From the sequence record NC_048048.2: a stretch of DNA of 64,000 nucleotides; one strand, given 5' to 3'. Within the stretch, counting starts at the first letter, position 1; the number at the start of each line of letters is the position of its first letter. Both the position numbers and the translations under genes were made by a program. Below the pieces are notes generated by a model that was not told the DNA's origin, made no database searches, and worked only from the letters and a program-made list of their open reading frames with translations. Positions 43,757 through 53,759 of the stretch are shown piece by piece.

Positions 43757-44329
43757 ATGACCACCGAAACCCTCGACCTCCTCTATCCGGTCCTGATGCT
43801 GGAGCAGAAGATTCCCCACCGCGAAGGCATGTTGCGGCTGGCCATCGTCCTGCGCGACTTCGGCCCCAAGGCGCCCCATCGCTACGTCACCCACCTGCGG
43901 GCTGAAAACCCCGTGCCGGGCTCTGACCACGCCTTCACCTACAGCTATGAGCATGGCACCTATTCGGCCGACCTGCGCCGCGCCCTGGCCGTCTATTTCG
44001 AGCGCGTCACCGAGCGGGTCATGACCGCCATGGTCGTGCTCCACGACCTGCCCGAGGTCGCGCCGCCGGCGCCGACCGTCACCGTGCCGCTCGAACTGGC
44101 CCAGACCGCCTATGGCCTGATCGATGACAACGAACTGGACCTCTCCAAGGCCTGCGGCAACGTCACCTTGGTCGAGGCCGCCATTACCGGTCTGGCCGCC
44201 GTCCTGGGACCGCGCCGCTACTTCCGCGATGTCGAGGAAGGCAACGCCAAGCTTCTGGAGGCCTTCGAAGCCCAGCAAGCCGCGCGTGACGCGGCCCTAG
44301 AAGCCGAATCCGAAGAGGAAGAGGCCTAA
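43757..44329 (+). CDS. cassette gene, hypothetical
   Basis: GGGAGACACCCC leader. Confidence 0.8.
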   Translation: MTTETLDLLYPVLMLEQKIPHREGMLRLAIVLRDFGPKAPHRYVTHLRAENPVPGSDHAFTYSYEHGTYSADLRRALAVYFERVTERVMTAMVVLHDLPEVAPPAPTVTVPLELAQTAYGLIDDNELDLSKACGNVTLVEAAITGLAAVLGPRRYFRDVEEGNAKLLEAFEAQQAARDAALEAESEEEEA

Positions 44330-44499
44330 AAAGCCCGCCCAGGCCTCCCCGGCCTGGGCGTGAGCCCTCCAGGGGCCGTTAAGGTTAACGCCAGGGGCCG
44401 GGACGTTAAGGTTAAGGCCGAAAATAGTGCGAGAAACCTGTTGACACGCATTGCGGCCCTATGCGAGAACAAGGCTCCACTTCATGAGGAGCGCCAAGC

Positions 44500-45126
44500 A
44501 TGGCCCTGCCCGATCACTTCCTGGTTTCCGTCGACGGCTCGCTCTATGACACGCGGGTGCAAGGCTGGAACCAAGCCGCGCCGCTGCGGATCAATTACCG
44601 GATCGTCAATCGCGACATCCACGGCATGAGCGAGGTCAAGGCCGCCTTGCGCTGCGGCGCCTTTACCGACATCGGCGGCTATCCGCTGTATTTCGTCACG
44701 CAGGACGGCCGCGCCCTGTCCTTCGACAGCGCCCGCAAGATGCTCTATCAGATCGCCGACGATTTCCAGCATGGCGCCTCGACCGGCTGGCGGATCACCG
44801 GCGCCCTCATCAACTACGAGGATCACGACCTCGTCTGCGATCACAGCGGCGAGAAGATTCCGGCCGCCTATGATCCGGTGCAATGGGCCGCAGGCTGCAA
44901 TGTCTCGGGCTTCATGCCCGACAGCGAGCCTTCCCACCATGCGACCTGGGAAGAGGCCAAGGAAGACTTGCGCGCCCAGGTCGAACTGGCGCGCGAGCCC
45001 TACGAGATCGGTTCGGACGAGGACGACGCCCTAGCCCGCGTCGCCCGCGCCCTGGAGGCCCTTAAGGAAGGCCAAGAGCTTAACATGGGCGCCATCGGCT
45101 ATCGCTGGTGGGTCGAACGCCTGTAA
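44500..45126 (+). CDS. cassette gene, hypothetical
   Basis: GAGGAG SD; YPLYFVTQDG...CDHSGEKIPAAY. Confidence 0.8.
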   Translation: MALPDHFLVSVDGSLYDTRVQGWNQAAPLRINYRIVNRDIHGMSEVKAALRCGAFTDIGGYPLYFVTQDGRALSFDSARKMLYQIADDFQHGASTGWRITGALINYEDHDLVCDHSGEKIPAAYDPVQWAAGCNVSGFMPDSEPSHHATWEEAKEDLRAQVELAREPYEIGSDEDDALARVARALEALKEGQELNMGAIGYRWWVERL

Positions 45127-45147
45127 ACCAAGGAAAGGACCCCTTCC

Positions 45148-45294
45148 ATGTTCATTCTCATCGTCGGCAATCCCAGCGACGGCTTCACTTATTACGGCCC
45201 CTTCGACGAGCATGACGACGCCGTCACCTATGCCGAGGCGACCGGCACCGAGGGCAACCCCTGGTGGGTCGCGCCCCTGGAAGCGGCGGACTAG
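45148..45294 (+). CDS. 48-aa hypothetical protein
   Basis: AAGGA SD; MFILIVGNPSDGFTYYGPF. Confidence 0.7.
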   Translation: MFILIVGNPSDGFTYYGPFDEHDDAVTYAEATGTEGNPWWVAPLEAAD

Positions 45295-45300
45295 CCCGTC

Positions 45301-45435
45301 ATGACCGCTCTCGAAAAGCGCGGCTACAAGGCCGCCCAGGCGGGCGTCAAGTGGTGGAACAACCCCCACCCCAGCGGCTCCCCGGCCGCCTATCAGTGGG
45401 ACAAGGGCCACACCCGCCACCGCCTCGGACGCTAG
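45301..45435 (+). CDS. 44-aa Rmf/CrpP-like protein
   Basis: KRGYKAAQAG...NPHPSGSPAAYQWDKG. Confidence 0.6.
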   Translation: MTALEKRGYKAAQAGVKWWNNPHPSGSPAAYQWDKGHTRHRLGR

Positions 45436-45614
45436 CCGAGCCCAGGCCTTCGCGCCTGGGCTTTGCCCGCCCCCTGGGCGTTAAGGTTAAGGCCGAAAAT
45501 AGTTCAAGAAACCTGTTGACACGCATCAGGCTCCCATGCGAGAACAGGATCAGACGAAACGACAAGACCACAAAGGAGGCCGCCATGAAGTAGCGACAAT
45601 CTGGAGCACAACTC

Positions 45615-46001
45615 ATGGAATTCTTCGTCCGCACCACGCTGGTCAGCATCGCCCGCCACTGGGAGGACGGCGCCGACGTGATCGCCACCTGCTATTGCGT
45701 CTGTGTCGAGTACCCGGACGGCGCCCGCTATGTCCACGACTATCAGCCGGTCGACCGCTATGTCAGCGCCGACGACGAAGGCGAGCCCATCTATCCCTGG
45801 CGGGACGGCGAGGCCATCAAGGCCAAGCTGGACGCCTTGCGCGATGAGATCGCCGCCCACGTCGCCGCTGGCGGGAGCCTCGATCCTGGCCACTGGTTCG
45901 AGGTCGATCCGCGCTACGGCTCCCCGGCCTATATGGGCCTGGACGCCTTCGGGTTCTTCCGGGCGCGCGAAAAGCAAGAGGCCGCCGAGCGCGGCGACTG
46001 A
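45615..46001 (+). CDS. cassette gene, hypothetical
   Basis: GGAG SD; ...DPRYGSPAY. Confidence 0.8.
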   Translation: MEFFVRTTLVSIARHWEDGADVIATCYCVCVEYPDGARYVHDYQPVDRYVSADDEGEPIYPWRDGEAIKAKLDALRDEIAAHVAAGGSLDPGHWFEVDPRYGSPAYMGLDAFGFFRAREKQEAAERGD

Positions 46002-46008
46002 CACCCAA

Positions 46009-46036
46009 AAGGCCCGCCCATCCGGCGGGCCTTTTT
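46009..46036 (+). terminator. intrinsic terminator
   Basis: AAGGCCCGCC-loop-GGCGGGCCTTTTT. Confidence 0.8.
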
Positions 46037-46055
46037 CCTTGACCACCGCCTGGGG

Positions 46056-46082
46056 TTAACCTTAAGGCCGCGTTAAGGTTAA
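46056..46082. promoter_or_regulatory. extended CtrA-type box (example; exact N7 copies also near 47122, 47797, 49537, 51660, 54325, 56380, 57734, 63014)
   Basis: TTAACC-TTAA-N7-TTAA-GGTTAA. Confidence 0.8.
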
Positions 46083-46183
46083 GCCCGCCCAGGCCCGTAA
46101 AAAGATGCAAGAAACCTGTTGACACGCATGGAAGGCCTATGCGAGAACAGGGCTCAACACCAACGCCAGCCGGGAGACACCCC

Positions 46184-46774
46184 ATGGCCCTCGTCACCGA
46201 ATCCTTTGTCGTCGATCTGGCCTGCGGGCGCGCCCTGACCAACGGCGAGCGCCGCATGGTCGCCGCCGTGATCGACTCGCTTCTCGACCCGCATTTCAAG
46301 TCGACCGCCTGGGTCAAGGGCGGCGACCATCGCGAGGCCGTCCACTACTGCGACCGCGTGACGCCCTACAGCCTGCACGGCGAGAACGCCAACGCCGCGC
46401 GCGTGCGCACCGAGGCCCTGACCACCCGCGACCATGACGCCCCCGTCCTGCTGTCGCTGTCGGTCGGCGACACCATCGGCGAAATCGCCCGCTTCTACAC
46501 CATCGCCGCCGCTGTCGAATATCTCGACGGCAACCCCGATATCGATCCGACCTCGCTGCACATGGGCGCCTACACCATTGACGCCCCGTTCGGCGTGGCC
46601 AATGACATCGAGGCTGACAAGCTCCTCTATGACCTGGGCTATCGCCTGCACGCCATGGCCGGCGGGTCCTGGACCTACAGCGATCCGCAGGGCCGCCTGT
46701 GGGACGGCGGCGGCAAGCGCGAAGCCGTGGTCATGATCGCTCTGAAGCAAGCCGCCGACGCTGAAGAGGCCTAA
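46184..46774 (+). CDS. cassette gene, hypothetical
   Basis: GGGAGACACCCC leader. Confidence 0.8.
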   Translation: MALVTESFVVDLACGRALTNGERRMVAAVIDSLLDPHFKSTAWVKGGDHREAVHYCDRVTPYSLHGENANAARVRTEALTTRDHDAPVLLSLSVGDTIGEIARFYTIAAAVEYLDGNPDIDPTSLHMGAYTIDAPFGVANDIEADKLLYDLGYRLHAMAGGSWTYSDPQGRLWDGGGKREAVVMIALKQAADAEEA

Positions 46775-46779
46775 GGCCC

Positions 46780-47103
46780 GTGAAGCGCCGTCACGCCCTC
46801 TTCCTGTCGGTGATCGCTTCGGCGCCCGACGTGGTGATCCTGCAAGCTCCGGCGCACTTCCTGCGCTGGAGCGACCACCGCAAGGCCATCCTGGCGTTCA
46901 TGCGCCAGACCTACGGCGTCAAGGCCGCCGACGTTCACGCCGTCGAAGGCGTCGCCGGCTATGCCGAACCCGACCCGACCGACGACCCCGCCGTCCTGGC
47001 GCGCTTTCAAGCCGCCTTCGCCGGGTCTGACAACTTCCCCAAGGTCGCCCTGGCGGCCTGGGACGGGCAGGCCTATCGGCTGGTCCGCCGGCCTCTGGCG
47101 TGA
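46780..47103 (+). CDS. hypothetical protein
   Basis: GTG start after upstream stop. Confidence 0.65.
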   Translation: MKRRHALFLSVIASAPDVVILQAPAHFLRWSDHRKAILAFMRQTYGVKAADVHAVEGVAGYAEPDPTDDPAVLARFQAAFAGSDNFPKVALAAWDGQAYRLVRRPLA

Positions 47104-47227
47104 GGCCGCCACCGCCCAGGCTTAACCTTAACGTGGCGTTAAGGTTAAGGCCGAAAATAGTTCAAGAAAGCTGTTGACAGCATAGGAGGCTTATGCGAGA
47201 AAGGCTCATCGAAACGGGAGACACCCC

Positions 47228-47743
47228 ATGGACGACACCTATCCGCCCCTGACCCCCGGCCAGCAAGCCGCCCTGGTCGCCTTCGCCGACCAGCATGGCG
47301 GCCTGGGCGAGGCCTGGAAAGAGGCCCTGAGCGACGCCTGGAGGACGTGCAGCGAGCCCGATGCGCTCAAGGCCGACCTGCGGACCATCCGCAACACCTA
47401 TGGCCCCTCCTGGCTCTATGACGAATACGCCTGGGGCTGGCGCCCGACCCTTCCCGACTGGGAGCGCGCCGGCCGCTGGACCGACACCCCGCCGCAGCCG
47501 ACGCCGGGCAAGGCTCGCTGGAGCGCCGCCTTCGACCCGCCGGCCATCGGCGACCGGGTGCGCGTGACCACCAACGGCCTGGGCTGGGCGCGGGTCACCG
47601 GCTACTTCGTCGAAGCCGACTGGCTGGGCGTGATTGTCAAGCTGGAGGCCCCGGCCGACTGGTATGTCAAACAGAACGGCGGCAACGTCCCCGGCCACAG
47701 CTTCGGGACCGAGATCGCCCTGACCGACCCCGCGACCGACTGA
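47228..47743 (+). CDS. cassette gene, Trp-rich hypothetical with SH3-like C-terminus
   Basis: conserved leader; PAIGDRVRVTTNGLGWARV. Confidence 0.8.
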   Translation: MDDTYPPLTPGQQAALVAFADQHGGLGEAWKEALSDAWRTCSEPDALKADLRTIRNTYGPSWLYDEYAWGWRPTLPDWERAGRWTDTPPQPTPGKARWSAAFDPPAIGDRVRVTTNGLGWARVTGYFVEADWLGVIVKLEAPADWYVKQNGGNVPGHSFGTEIALTDPATD

Positions 47744-47923
47744 CCTGGACGGCCCTGGCTGGGAGACCAGCCGGGGCGAGGCCTAACCCGGCGCGGTTAA
47801 CCTTAACCGCCCATTAAGGTTAACCGCCGGCGCCCTGGGGCGGGCGAAAGAAAATGCAAGAAAACTGTTGACACGCATCTGAGGGCTATGCGAGAAAGGG
47901 CCATCGAACAACGGAGGCCCCTC

Positions 47924-48766
47924 ATGGCCAAGCTATTCAGCGACCTTCAGGACCTTGCCAACTCGACCTATGTCGTGCGCATCGTCGACAATGGCGGCCA
48001 GAGCGCCGACCGCTACACGATCGTCACCGCCGATGGCGACTATTACGCCTACAGCGCCAATCCCGCCCATCCCCAAGGCGTGGGCCTGAGCGGCGAGGGC
48101 ATCGACCCGCAAGTGCTGGTCGACTGGGTGGAGCGCGGCGAAGCCGTCGACCTGACCATCGGCGAGCTACCCGAGGCCGCCGCCCGCTGTCTGCTGGCGT
48201 CGATCAACGCCAGCGTCGAGGACTTCCTGTCGGCTGTCGAGGACCCGACCAGCAACGCCGTGGCCCCGACCCGCGAAAAGGCGGAGATCAATGACGGCGT
48301 GATGGATTGCTTCGGCAAGGGCATCTATCGCGTGGGCGAGGGTTTCGCCGTGCGCATGGATGGCCTGGACGCGGGCGATGATCGCGGCCCCTTCATGAGC
48401 GCTGTCGAGGCGGTCAAGGCCACCCTCCCCGATGAATACGCCTGGGCTGGCGAGGAATACCTGTCGCCGCGCGACATGACCAAGATCACGCCCGAAGCCA
48501 AGCCGCTCGTTCTGGTCCACGCCCTGGAGGCCATTCGCGACTATGAATATCAGCGCGACAACCCCGGCTCGTTCTTCGACGGGCTGAACGAGGACGACAC
48601 TGACGCGGGCCTGGGCATCGTGCGCCGCACGCGCTACCTGTCCAAGGTCACCGATGATGCGACCATCGTCGGGCTGATCGGCGAGGCGCCGGCCTTCGCC
48701 CTGGCCCATGAATGTCTCGACCAACTGTGGACCCTGGCGCAAGAGCGGTGGGAGGCGGGCCAGTGA
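47924..48766 (+). CDS. cassette gene, hypothetical
   Basis: GGAGG SD; RIVDNGGQSADRYTIV. Confidence 0.8.
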   Translation: MAKLFSDLQDLANSTYVVRIVDNGGQSADRYTIVTADGDYYAYSANPAHPQGVGLSGEGIDPQVLVDWVERGEAVDLTIGELPEAAARCLLASINASVEDFLSAVEDPTSNAVAPTREKAEINDGVMDCFGKGIYRVGEGFAVRMDGLDAGDDRGPFMSAVEAVKATLPDEYAWAGEEYLSPRDMTKITPEAKPLVLVHALEAIRDYEYQRDNPGSFFDGLNEDDTDAGLGIVRRTRYLSKVTDDATIVGLIGEAPAFALAHECLDQLWTLAQERWEAGQ

Positions 48767-48966
48767 GCGCCCGCGAACGCCGCGCCCTCTCCGAACTGCT
48801 GGCCCTGTTCCACGCGGTCAACAGCGGCCACGTCAAGGGCCGCAACCCCTACGCCTTCCCGGCCGTCAAGCTCGCCAACGAGGTATTGACGGGCGACCCG
48901 CTGGACGGGGTTTCCACGTCGCCGAAGCCCTGGACCGGCATCGCGAGGCGGACGGCAAGGCCTTGA
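48763..48966 (+). CDS. hypothetical protein
   Basis: GGAGG SD, GTGA overlap. Confidence 0.65.
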   Translation: MSARERRALSELLALFHAVNSGHVKGRNPYAFPAVKLANEVLTGDPLDGVSTSPKPWTGIARRTARP

Positions 48967-49070
48967 TTTTCGAGGTCGGCGGTTGCCCGGACGGCTGCTT
49001 GCTGTCCTACAGCGGCGCGGTTCCGCGCTGCGTCAACTGCGACACCGAATATCCCGAAGAAAACGGTTGA
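48963..49070 (+). CDS. 35-aa Cys-rich peptide
   Basis: TTGA overlap; GCPDGC...RCVNC. Confidence 0.45.
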   Translation: MIFEVGGCPDGCLLSYSGAVPRCVNCDTEYPEENG

Positions 49071-49121
49071 CAGCATAAGGGAGCTATGCGAGAAAGGGTC
49101 ATCAACGGAGACACCCCGCCC

Positions 49122-49262
49122 ATGTGGACCGAAAAGACCTTCAAGACCCGCGCCGCCAAGGAGGCCTGGATCGCCCGCAATGAAGACCGCTATCAGATCG
49201 TCGAGATCGTGGTCTGCAACGCCTACGGCGTGACCTACAAGCCCCTCCGACGCGTCTACTAG
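49122..49262 (+). CDS. 46-aa cassette gene
   Basis: conserved leader; MWTEKTFKTRAAKEAW. Confidence 0.75.
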   Translation: MWTEKTFKTRAAKEAWIARNEDRYQIVEIVVCNAYGVTYKPLRRVY

Positions 49263-49272
49263 GAGACCTCGC

Positions 49273-49464
49273 ATGATCCCCGACTCGGTCCGTAACCCGC
49301 AAGATCATTGGACCCCCATCGCCACCCGCGCCAAGGCTGACGCCCTGGCCTATCGCTACAACCAAGATGACGCCGGCCCCGGCCTCTACGAGGTCCACGA
49401 AAAGGGCGAAAGCTTCGCCATCGCCTACTATGACGAAGACGGCGCCTTCTGCGGCTACGTCTAA
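49273..49464 (+). CDS. 63-aa hypothetical protein
   Basis: AGGAG SD. Confidence 0.75.
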   Translation: MIPDSVRNPQDHWTPIATRAKADALAYRYNQDDAGPGLYEVHEKGESFAIAYYDEDGAFCGYV

Positions 49465-49481
49465 CCCGCTCCTGTCAACTT

Positions 49482-49518
49482 GAAGGCCGGCGCCGCTCTC
49501 CTGGCGCCGGCCTTTTTC
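49482..49518 (+). terminator. intrinsic terminator
   Basis: AAGGCCGGCGCC-loop-GGCGCCGGCCTTTTT. Confidence 0.85.
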
Positions 49519-49673
49519 TTGCCCGCCGCCTGGGTCTTAACCTTAAGGCGAGATTAAGGTTAACGCCGCCTTAAGGTTAACCGGTGCCCCGCATCCCGCC
49601 CGGATGCAAAAAACCTGTTGACACGCATTTCGACCCTATGCGAGAAAGGCGACGAACACGGGAGACACCCCTT

Positions 49674-50672
49674 ATGACCACGACCATTCCCGGCGCCGAG
49701 CATACGATGATCGGACAAGCCGCCTATCGCTCGACCAAGCGCCCCGACCAAGTGCGCGAGATGGCCTATGGCGCGTTCCCGGCCGCGACGTCGGACTCGC
49801 CCTTCGCCGTCAAGCCGGCCTGTGGCAAGGTCCCGAGCGCGCGCGTGCTGGAGGACTTCGACCCCGCCGACGTCTTCACGACCAGAGCCAATGATCGCGG
49901 CGGCTTCTATGCCTCCGCCAACTTCGGCGGCTCTGAGGTGTCGTGGATCAGCATCGCCGGCTATGGCGACACCGAGGAGGCCGCCCGCGCCGATCTCATG
50001 GCCCGGTTCATCGCCGACCGCGACGGCAAGGGCAAATTTGGCCCTCACCATCCCCTGGTCGGCTATGACTGGGGCTATAAGCTCGCCCCGTTCTGGGACA
50101 TGCTGGAGCGCGAGGCCGCCATTCGCCAGCCCTTCAAGCGCCAGCTTTACCTGGGCAAGCTGAAGTCCGGCCGCCCTAATCCCAAGGGCTTTGACGTGTT
50201 CGTCGATGTCGAATGGACCGGCGTGCGCCTGTCGCTGTCGGGCGTCATCGGCCCCAAGGCCAATGGCAACGCCTGGGACGGCGCAGGCCAGATCGTCGGC
50301 AGTCTCAAGCGCAAGGACTTTCTGGAGTTCGCCCCGTCCTGGCATTATGGATCGGCCCTTGACGGTCTGGTCCAGGCCTGGACCCGCTGGCACCTGAACG
50401 ACCTGCGCGCCGGCACGCTTCGGCAGGAAGACCACCTGCGCGGCTATGAGGCCAAGCGCAACATTGAGCAGGCCAAGGCCGCCGGCGCCCATTCTCTCGA
50501 CGCCACCCGCGCCGAACTGGCGCGCGTCCATATGGAGCCCGACACCTGGGAGCGCCACAACGGCCGGCCCTATAGCTACGGCTCCGCATGGCTTCGCGAG
50601 GAGGTCCCCACCTACGTTCTCGACTTCCTGCGCAATCTCCCCGCCCCCACCAAAATCAGCCCCTGGAGGTAA
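49674..50672 (+). CDS. cassette gene, hypothetical multidomain
   Basis: conserved leader; WTRWHLNDLRAG...YSYGSAWLREEVP. Confidence 0.8.
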   Translation: MTTTIPGAEHTMIGQAAYRSTKRPDQVREMAYGAFPAATSDSPFAVKPACGKVPSARVLEDFDPADVFTTRANDRGGFYASANFGGSEVSWISIAGYGDTEEAARADLMARFIADRDGKGKFGPHHPLVGYDWGYKLAPFWDMLEREAAIRQPFKRQLYLGKLKSGRPNPKGFDVFVDVEWTGVRLSLSGVIGPKANGNAWDGAGQIVGSLKRKDFLEFAPSWHYGSALDGLVQAWTRWHLNDLRAGTLRQEDHLRGYEAKRNIEQAKAAGAHSLDATRAELARVHMEPDTWERHNGRPYSYGSAWLREEVPTYVLDFLRNLPAPTKISPWR

Positions 50673-50679
50673 CCCGCCC

Positions 50680-51114
50680 ATGGCCATCAACACCGCCGGC
50701 CTCGTCGGCAAGCTCAAGGAAGCCCTCGCCGCCGCCCCCAACCTGACCCTATGGGCCAAGGAACGCGGCCTCTTCCATCAGAACGTTTCGGCCGCCGCGC
50801 GCGGCGACACCGTGCCGCAAGAAAGCATCGCCAAGGCCCTGGGCTTCCGACGCGTCCACGTCCAGGCCTATCTGGCGCCGGGCGAAGCCCTGCCGCTCCT
50901 GCCGCCCGGCTGGGAGGAGGTGCTTCCCGGTTCGGCGACCCCGGTCGACTGGAAGCCCCGCGACAAGGCCGCCGCCCCCGCCCCGCGCCGGGTCGGTTCG
51001 CCCGACCAGATGGCCAAGGCCCGCGACGCGCGCCGGCCGCGTTCCGCGCCGGTCCAGCCCCCGGCCCAAACCGCCGGCAAGCCTCGCCGCAAGAAAGTGC
51101 AAGAAACCGGTTGA
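50680..51114 (+). CDS. XRE/Cro-type HTH protein
   Basis: NLTLWAKERGLFHQNVSAAARGDTVPQESIAKALGF. Confidence 0.7.
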   Translation: MAINTAGLVGKLKEALAAAPNLTLWAKERGLFHQNVSAAARGDTVPQESIAKALGFRRVHVQAYLAPGEALPLLPPGWEEVLPGSATPVDWKPRDKAAAPAPRRVGSPDQMAKARDARRPRSAPVQPPAQTAGKPRRKKVQETG

Positions 51115-51164
51115 CAGCATAAGGCGGCTATGCGAGAAAGGCTCATCACTTCTGGAGCAAGCCC

Positions 51165-51374
51165 ATGGCCGCCTTCATCTGCACCGCCGATCTCAACGCC
51201 CTGGTCGAGGACATCGCCTATGACGTGGAGATGGAAGACCGCGCCGCCGAGGAACTCGACGGCCTGGACTTTGGCGACCGCTGTTACTACGGCGACCGCG
51301 CTTACCATGGCCAGCTTGAGCTTGCCCGGATCATCGAGACGGCCGTCGCCGCTCATCCCATCCTGTACGCCTAG
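51165..51374 (+). CDS. acidic 69-aa cassette gene
   Basis: GGAG SD downstream of promoter. Confidence 0.75.
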   Translation: MAAFICTADLNALVEDIAYDVEMEDRAAEELDGLDFGDRCYYGDRAYHGQLELARIIETAVAAHPILYA

Positions 51375-51390
51375 CAGAGGAGGCGCCGCT

Positions 51391-51603
51391 TTGCCACGCT
51401 ACCGCACCGACTACAGCGAAGACGACGGAAAAACCGTCATCATCGAGGAAGGCCTGACGAGGACGCAGGCCATGCAAAAGGCCGCGATCCTGTCGCGCAA
51501 GCACGGGACCGCCTACGCCGTCGCCTCCGACGACAAGGGCCGCGACACCGGCCAAAGGGTCTATGCTGACGGCCGGTTCAGCTACCAAGACGACAAGTTC
51601 TAA
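51391..51603 (+). CDS. 70-aa hypothetical protein
   Basis: AGGAGG SD before TTG. Confidence 0.7.
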   Translation: MPRYRTDYSEDDGKTVIIEEGLTRTQAMQKAAILSRKHGTAYAVASDDKGRDTGQRVYADGRFSYQDDKF

Positions 51604-51606
51604 GGC

Positions 51607-51634
51607 AAGAGGCCCGGAGCGATCCGGGCCTTTT
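51607..51634 (+). terminator. intrinsic terminator
   Basis: AGGCCCGG-loop-CCGGGCCTTTT. Confidence 0.8.
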
Positions 51635-51779
51635 GTCTGTCCCCCGCCCGGCGATAACCTTAACGCCGCGTTAAGGTTAACCCCCTGGGACGGGGGGCGC
51701 CGCCGCAAAAACTGCAAGAAAACTGTTGACACGCATTTCGACCCTATGCGAGAAAGGCGCATCAACCACGGAGGACAAC

Positions 51780-52511
51780 ATGTCCACGCACCCGCTGATC
51801 GCCGCCGCCCTGGCCAATCTTCGCGAAGGCCCGGCCATGGTCGCCGGCCCCGACCACGTCACCAAGGTCACGTCCTACGAACTGACCCGCGCGGTCATGT
51901 TCAAGGCCGCCGACCAGATCGAACGGGCTCTGAGCGATTTCCCCGCCCCGCCCGCCTGCCTGGGCGCCTTCCTGATGACCGAGTTCGACCGCCTGGGCGA
52001 CAACTGGGGCGCCCTGGGCGACGCCATCACCGAAGGCGAGGCCCTGGCCAATGCTGAAACCGTCCTGGCGTGGTACTTCAACGCCACCCGTGACGACGGC
52101 GACCCGGACGGCTACACGCTCAAACTCGCTGGCGCCCTGCCCAACGACGCCGAGGCCGCCCGCATCCGCCGCGACTACGCCGCCGCCCTGGAGGCGCAAG
52201 AGCAGGCCAAGGCCGCCGAGGCTCGCGCCTTCGCCGACCGTCACGCCGCCCTAGGTTCGGCCGAAGCCGTCGCCGACCTCCTGGGCTCGCTGTTCGACAC
52301 GCCGCGCACCGCCGCCGAGGCCCTGGGCTACAGCTTCCATTTCGTCCCGGTGATCGGCGGCGAGATCGAGGGCGAACGCGCCTGGATCGGCGAGGACAAG
52401 GCCGGCGAGCGCGTCCATGGCGACTACGCCAGCGCCGACCAAGCCGCCCGCGCCGCCCTCATCTACCACGTGCGCGCCAACCAAGCCGCCCAAATCGTCA
52501 AGGACGCCTGA
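51780..52511 (+). CDS. cassette gene, Ala-rich hypothetical
   Basis: GGAGG SD. Confidence 0.8.
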
Positions 52512-52513
52512 CC

Positions 52514-53140
52514 ATGACCGCCGCCGCATCCCTCTTCGAACAAGCCCAGATCGAGGCCGCTCAAGCCGCCATCGACGCCAACACCGCGCGCGTTGGGCTG
52601 GAGACCGAGGACGCCACGCCCGGAACCGACCTTTTCCACCTGCTGGGCTCGCTGCTGACCTGGGCCGACGCCTGGGCCGTGGACTTCGACGACATCCTGT
52701 CTCAGGTCCGCGAACCGGTGAACCTCTCCAAGACCGTGACCCGCTTTGATCCGGCCACCTATGGCCAAGACCAGCGGCTTGCGGCCATCCGCGCCAATCT
52801 CGACCAGCGCAACACCCCTTCCGTTCCGGTCCTGACCCGCGACGAGGCCGAAACCGAGGCCATGCGCGATCTCGCCGCCGTGGTCGGCAAGGTGATCAAG
52901 GTCCACGATATCACCGGCTATTTCGGCGAGACGGGCCAAGAGGACTTGCGCCCCCACGACGGCGCGCCGGCCTTTTCGGTGATCGTCCTGCCGTCCGACC
53001 GGGACGACGTGATCTACTGGAATGACGAGCATCTGGACGTTCGGTGGAACGTCACCCCCGCGCCGGGCGAAACCCGCCTCTACGAACTGCGCTCGCTCTG
53101 GGTGTTCGGGCGCGGCTATGTCATCGAAGGCGAGGGCTGA
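52514..53140 (+). CDS. hypothetical two-domain protein
   Basis: coupled ORF; DLFHLLGSLLTWAD. Confidence 0.75.
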   Translation: MTAAASLFEQAQIEAAQAAIDANTARVGLETEDATPGTDLFHLLGSLLTWADAWAVDFDDILSQVREPVNLSKTVTRFDPATYGQDQRLAAIRANLDQRNTPSVPVLTRDEAETEAMRDLAAVVGKVIKVHDITGYFGETGQEDLRPHDGAPAFSVIVLPSDRDDVIYWNDEHLDVRWNVTPAPGETRLYELRSLWVFGRGYVIEGEG

Positions 53141-53142
53141 TC

Positions 53143-53451
53143 ATGGCCATGCCCCTGGGCTTGCGGACCACCGCCACCAGCTACGCCATTGACGTGGACG
53201 ATGACCAGTTTCTGGCCATGATCCAGGCCGAAGGCTACAAGGGCGGTGATTTCGAGCCGTCCCTGTTCGACAAGCTGCAAAAGACCCCCGCCCGCGACAT
53301 CGAATATAACGGCCACTTCGGCGCGTCGGTCTATTTCACCCTCACCGAGGAAGACGACACCCCCGCCCTACGCGCCGAGCTTGGCCGGATGATCGCCGAA
53401 CACCTAACCCTCTGCGTCGCCCACATGGCGACCTACGACAAGGACGCCTGA
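53143..53451 (+). CDS. hypothetical protein
   Basis: coupled ORF. Confidence 0.75.
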   Translation: MAMPLGLRTTATSYAIDVDDDQFLAMIQAEGYKGGDFEPSLFDKLQKTPARDIEYNGHFGASVYFTLTEEDDTPALRAELGRMIAEHLTLCVAHMATYDKDA

Positions 53452-53453
53452 CC

Positions 53454-53759
53454 ATGCTGAATATCGAGGACCAGACGATTCGCCTTCGCGAGGAAGGCAA
53501 GAACAAGACCACCACCGTCATTGGCGGGGTGCTGCTGTTCTTCTCCTATTCGACCCTGGTCGGCTTTCGCTGTCCGCGCCTGGGGATGGTGATCAACCCG
53601 GCCGCCAAGAGCTACGGCGTCACCACCGCCCGCCACGTCGGCGAATTTGGCCTAGGCGCGCCGGGCGTGGGTAAAACCGCCACCGAAGAAGACTTTCAGC
53701 GCCTCGCCATGGGCGCGGTCATGGGTTCGTCCGGGCCTGACTACCTACTGTTGAATTAA
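53454..53759 (+). CDS. hypothetical protein
   Basis: AAGGA SD; LFFSYSTLVG...YGVTTARHV. Confidence 0.75.
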   Translation: MLNIEDQTIRLREEGKNKTTTVIGGVLLFFSYSTLVGFRCPRLGMVINPAAKSYGVTTARHVGEFGLGAPGVGKTATEEDFQRLAMGAVMGSSGPDYLLLN

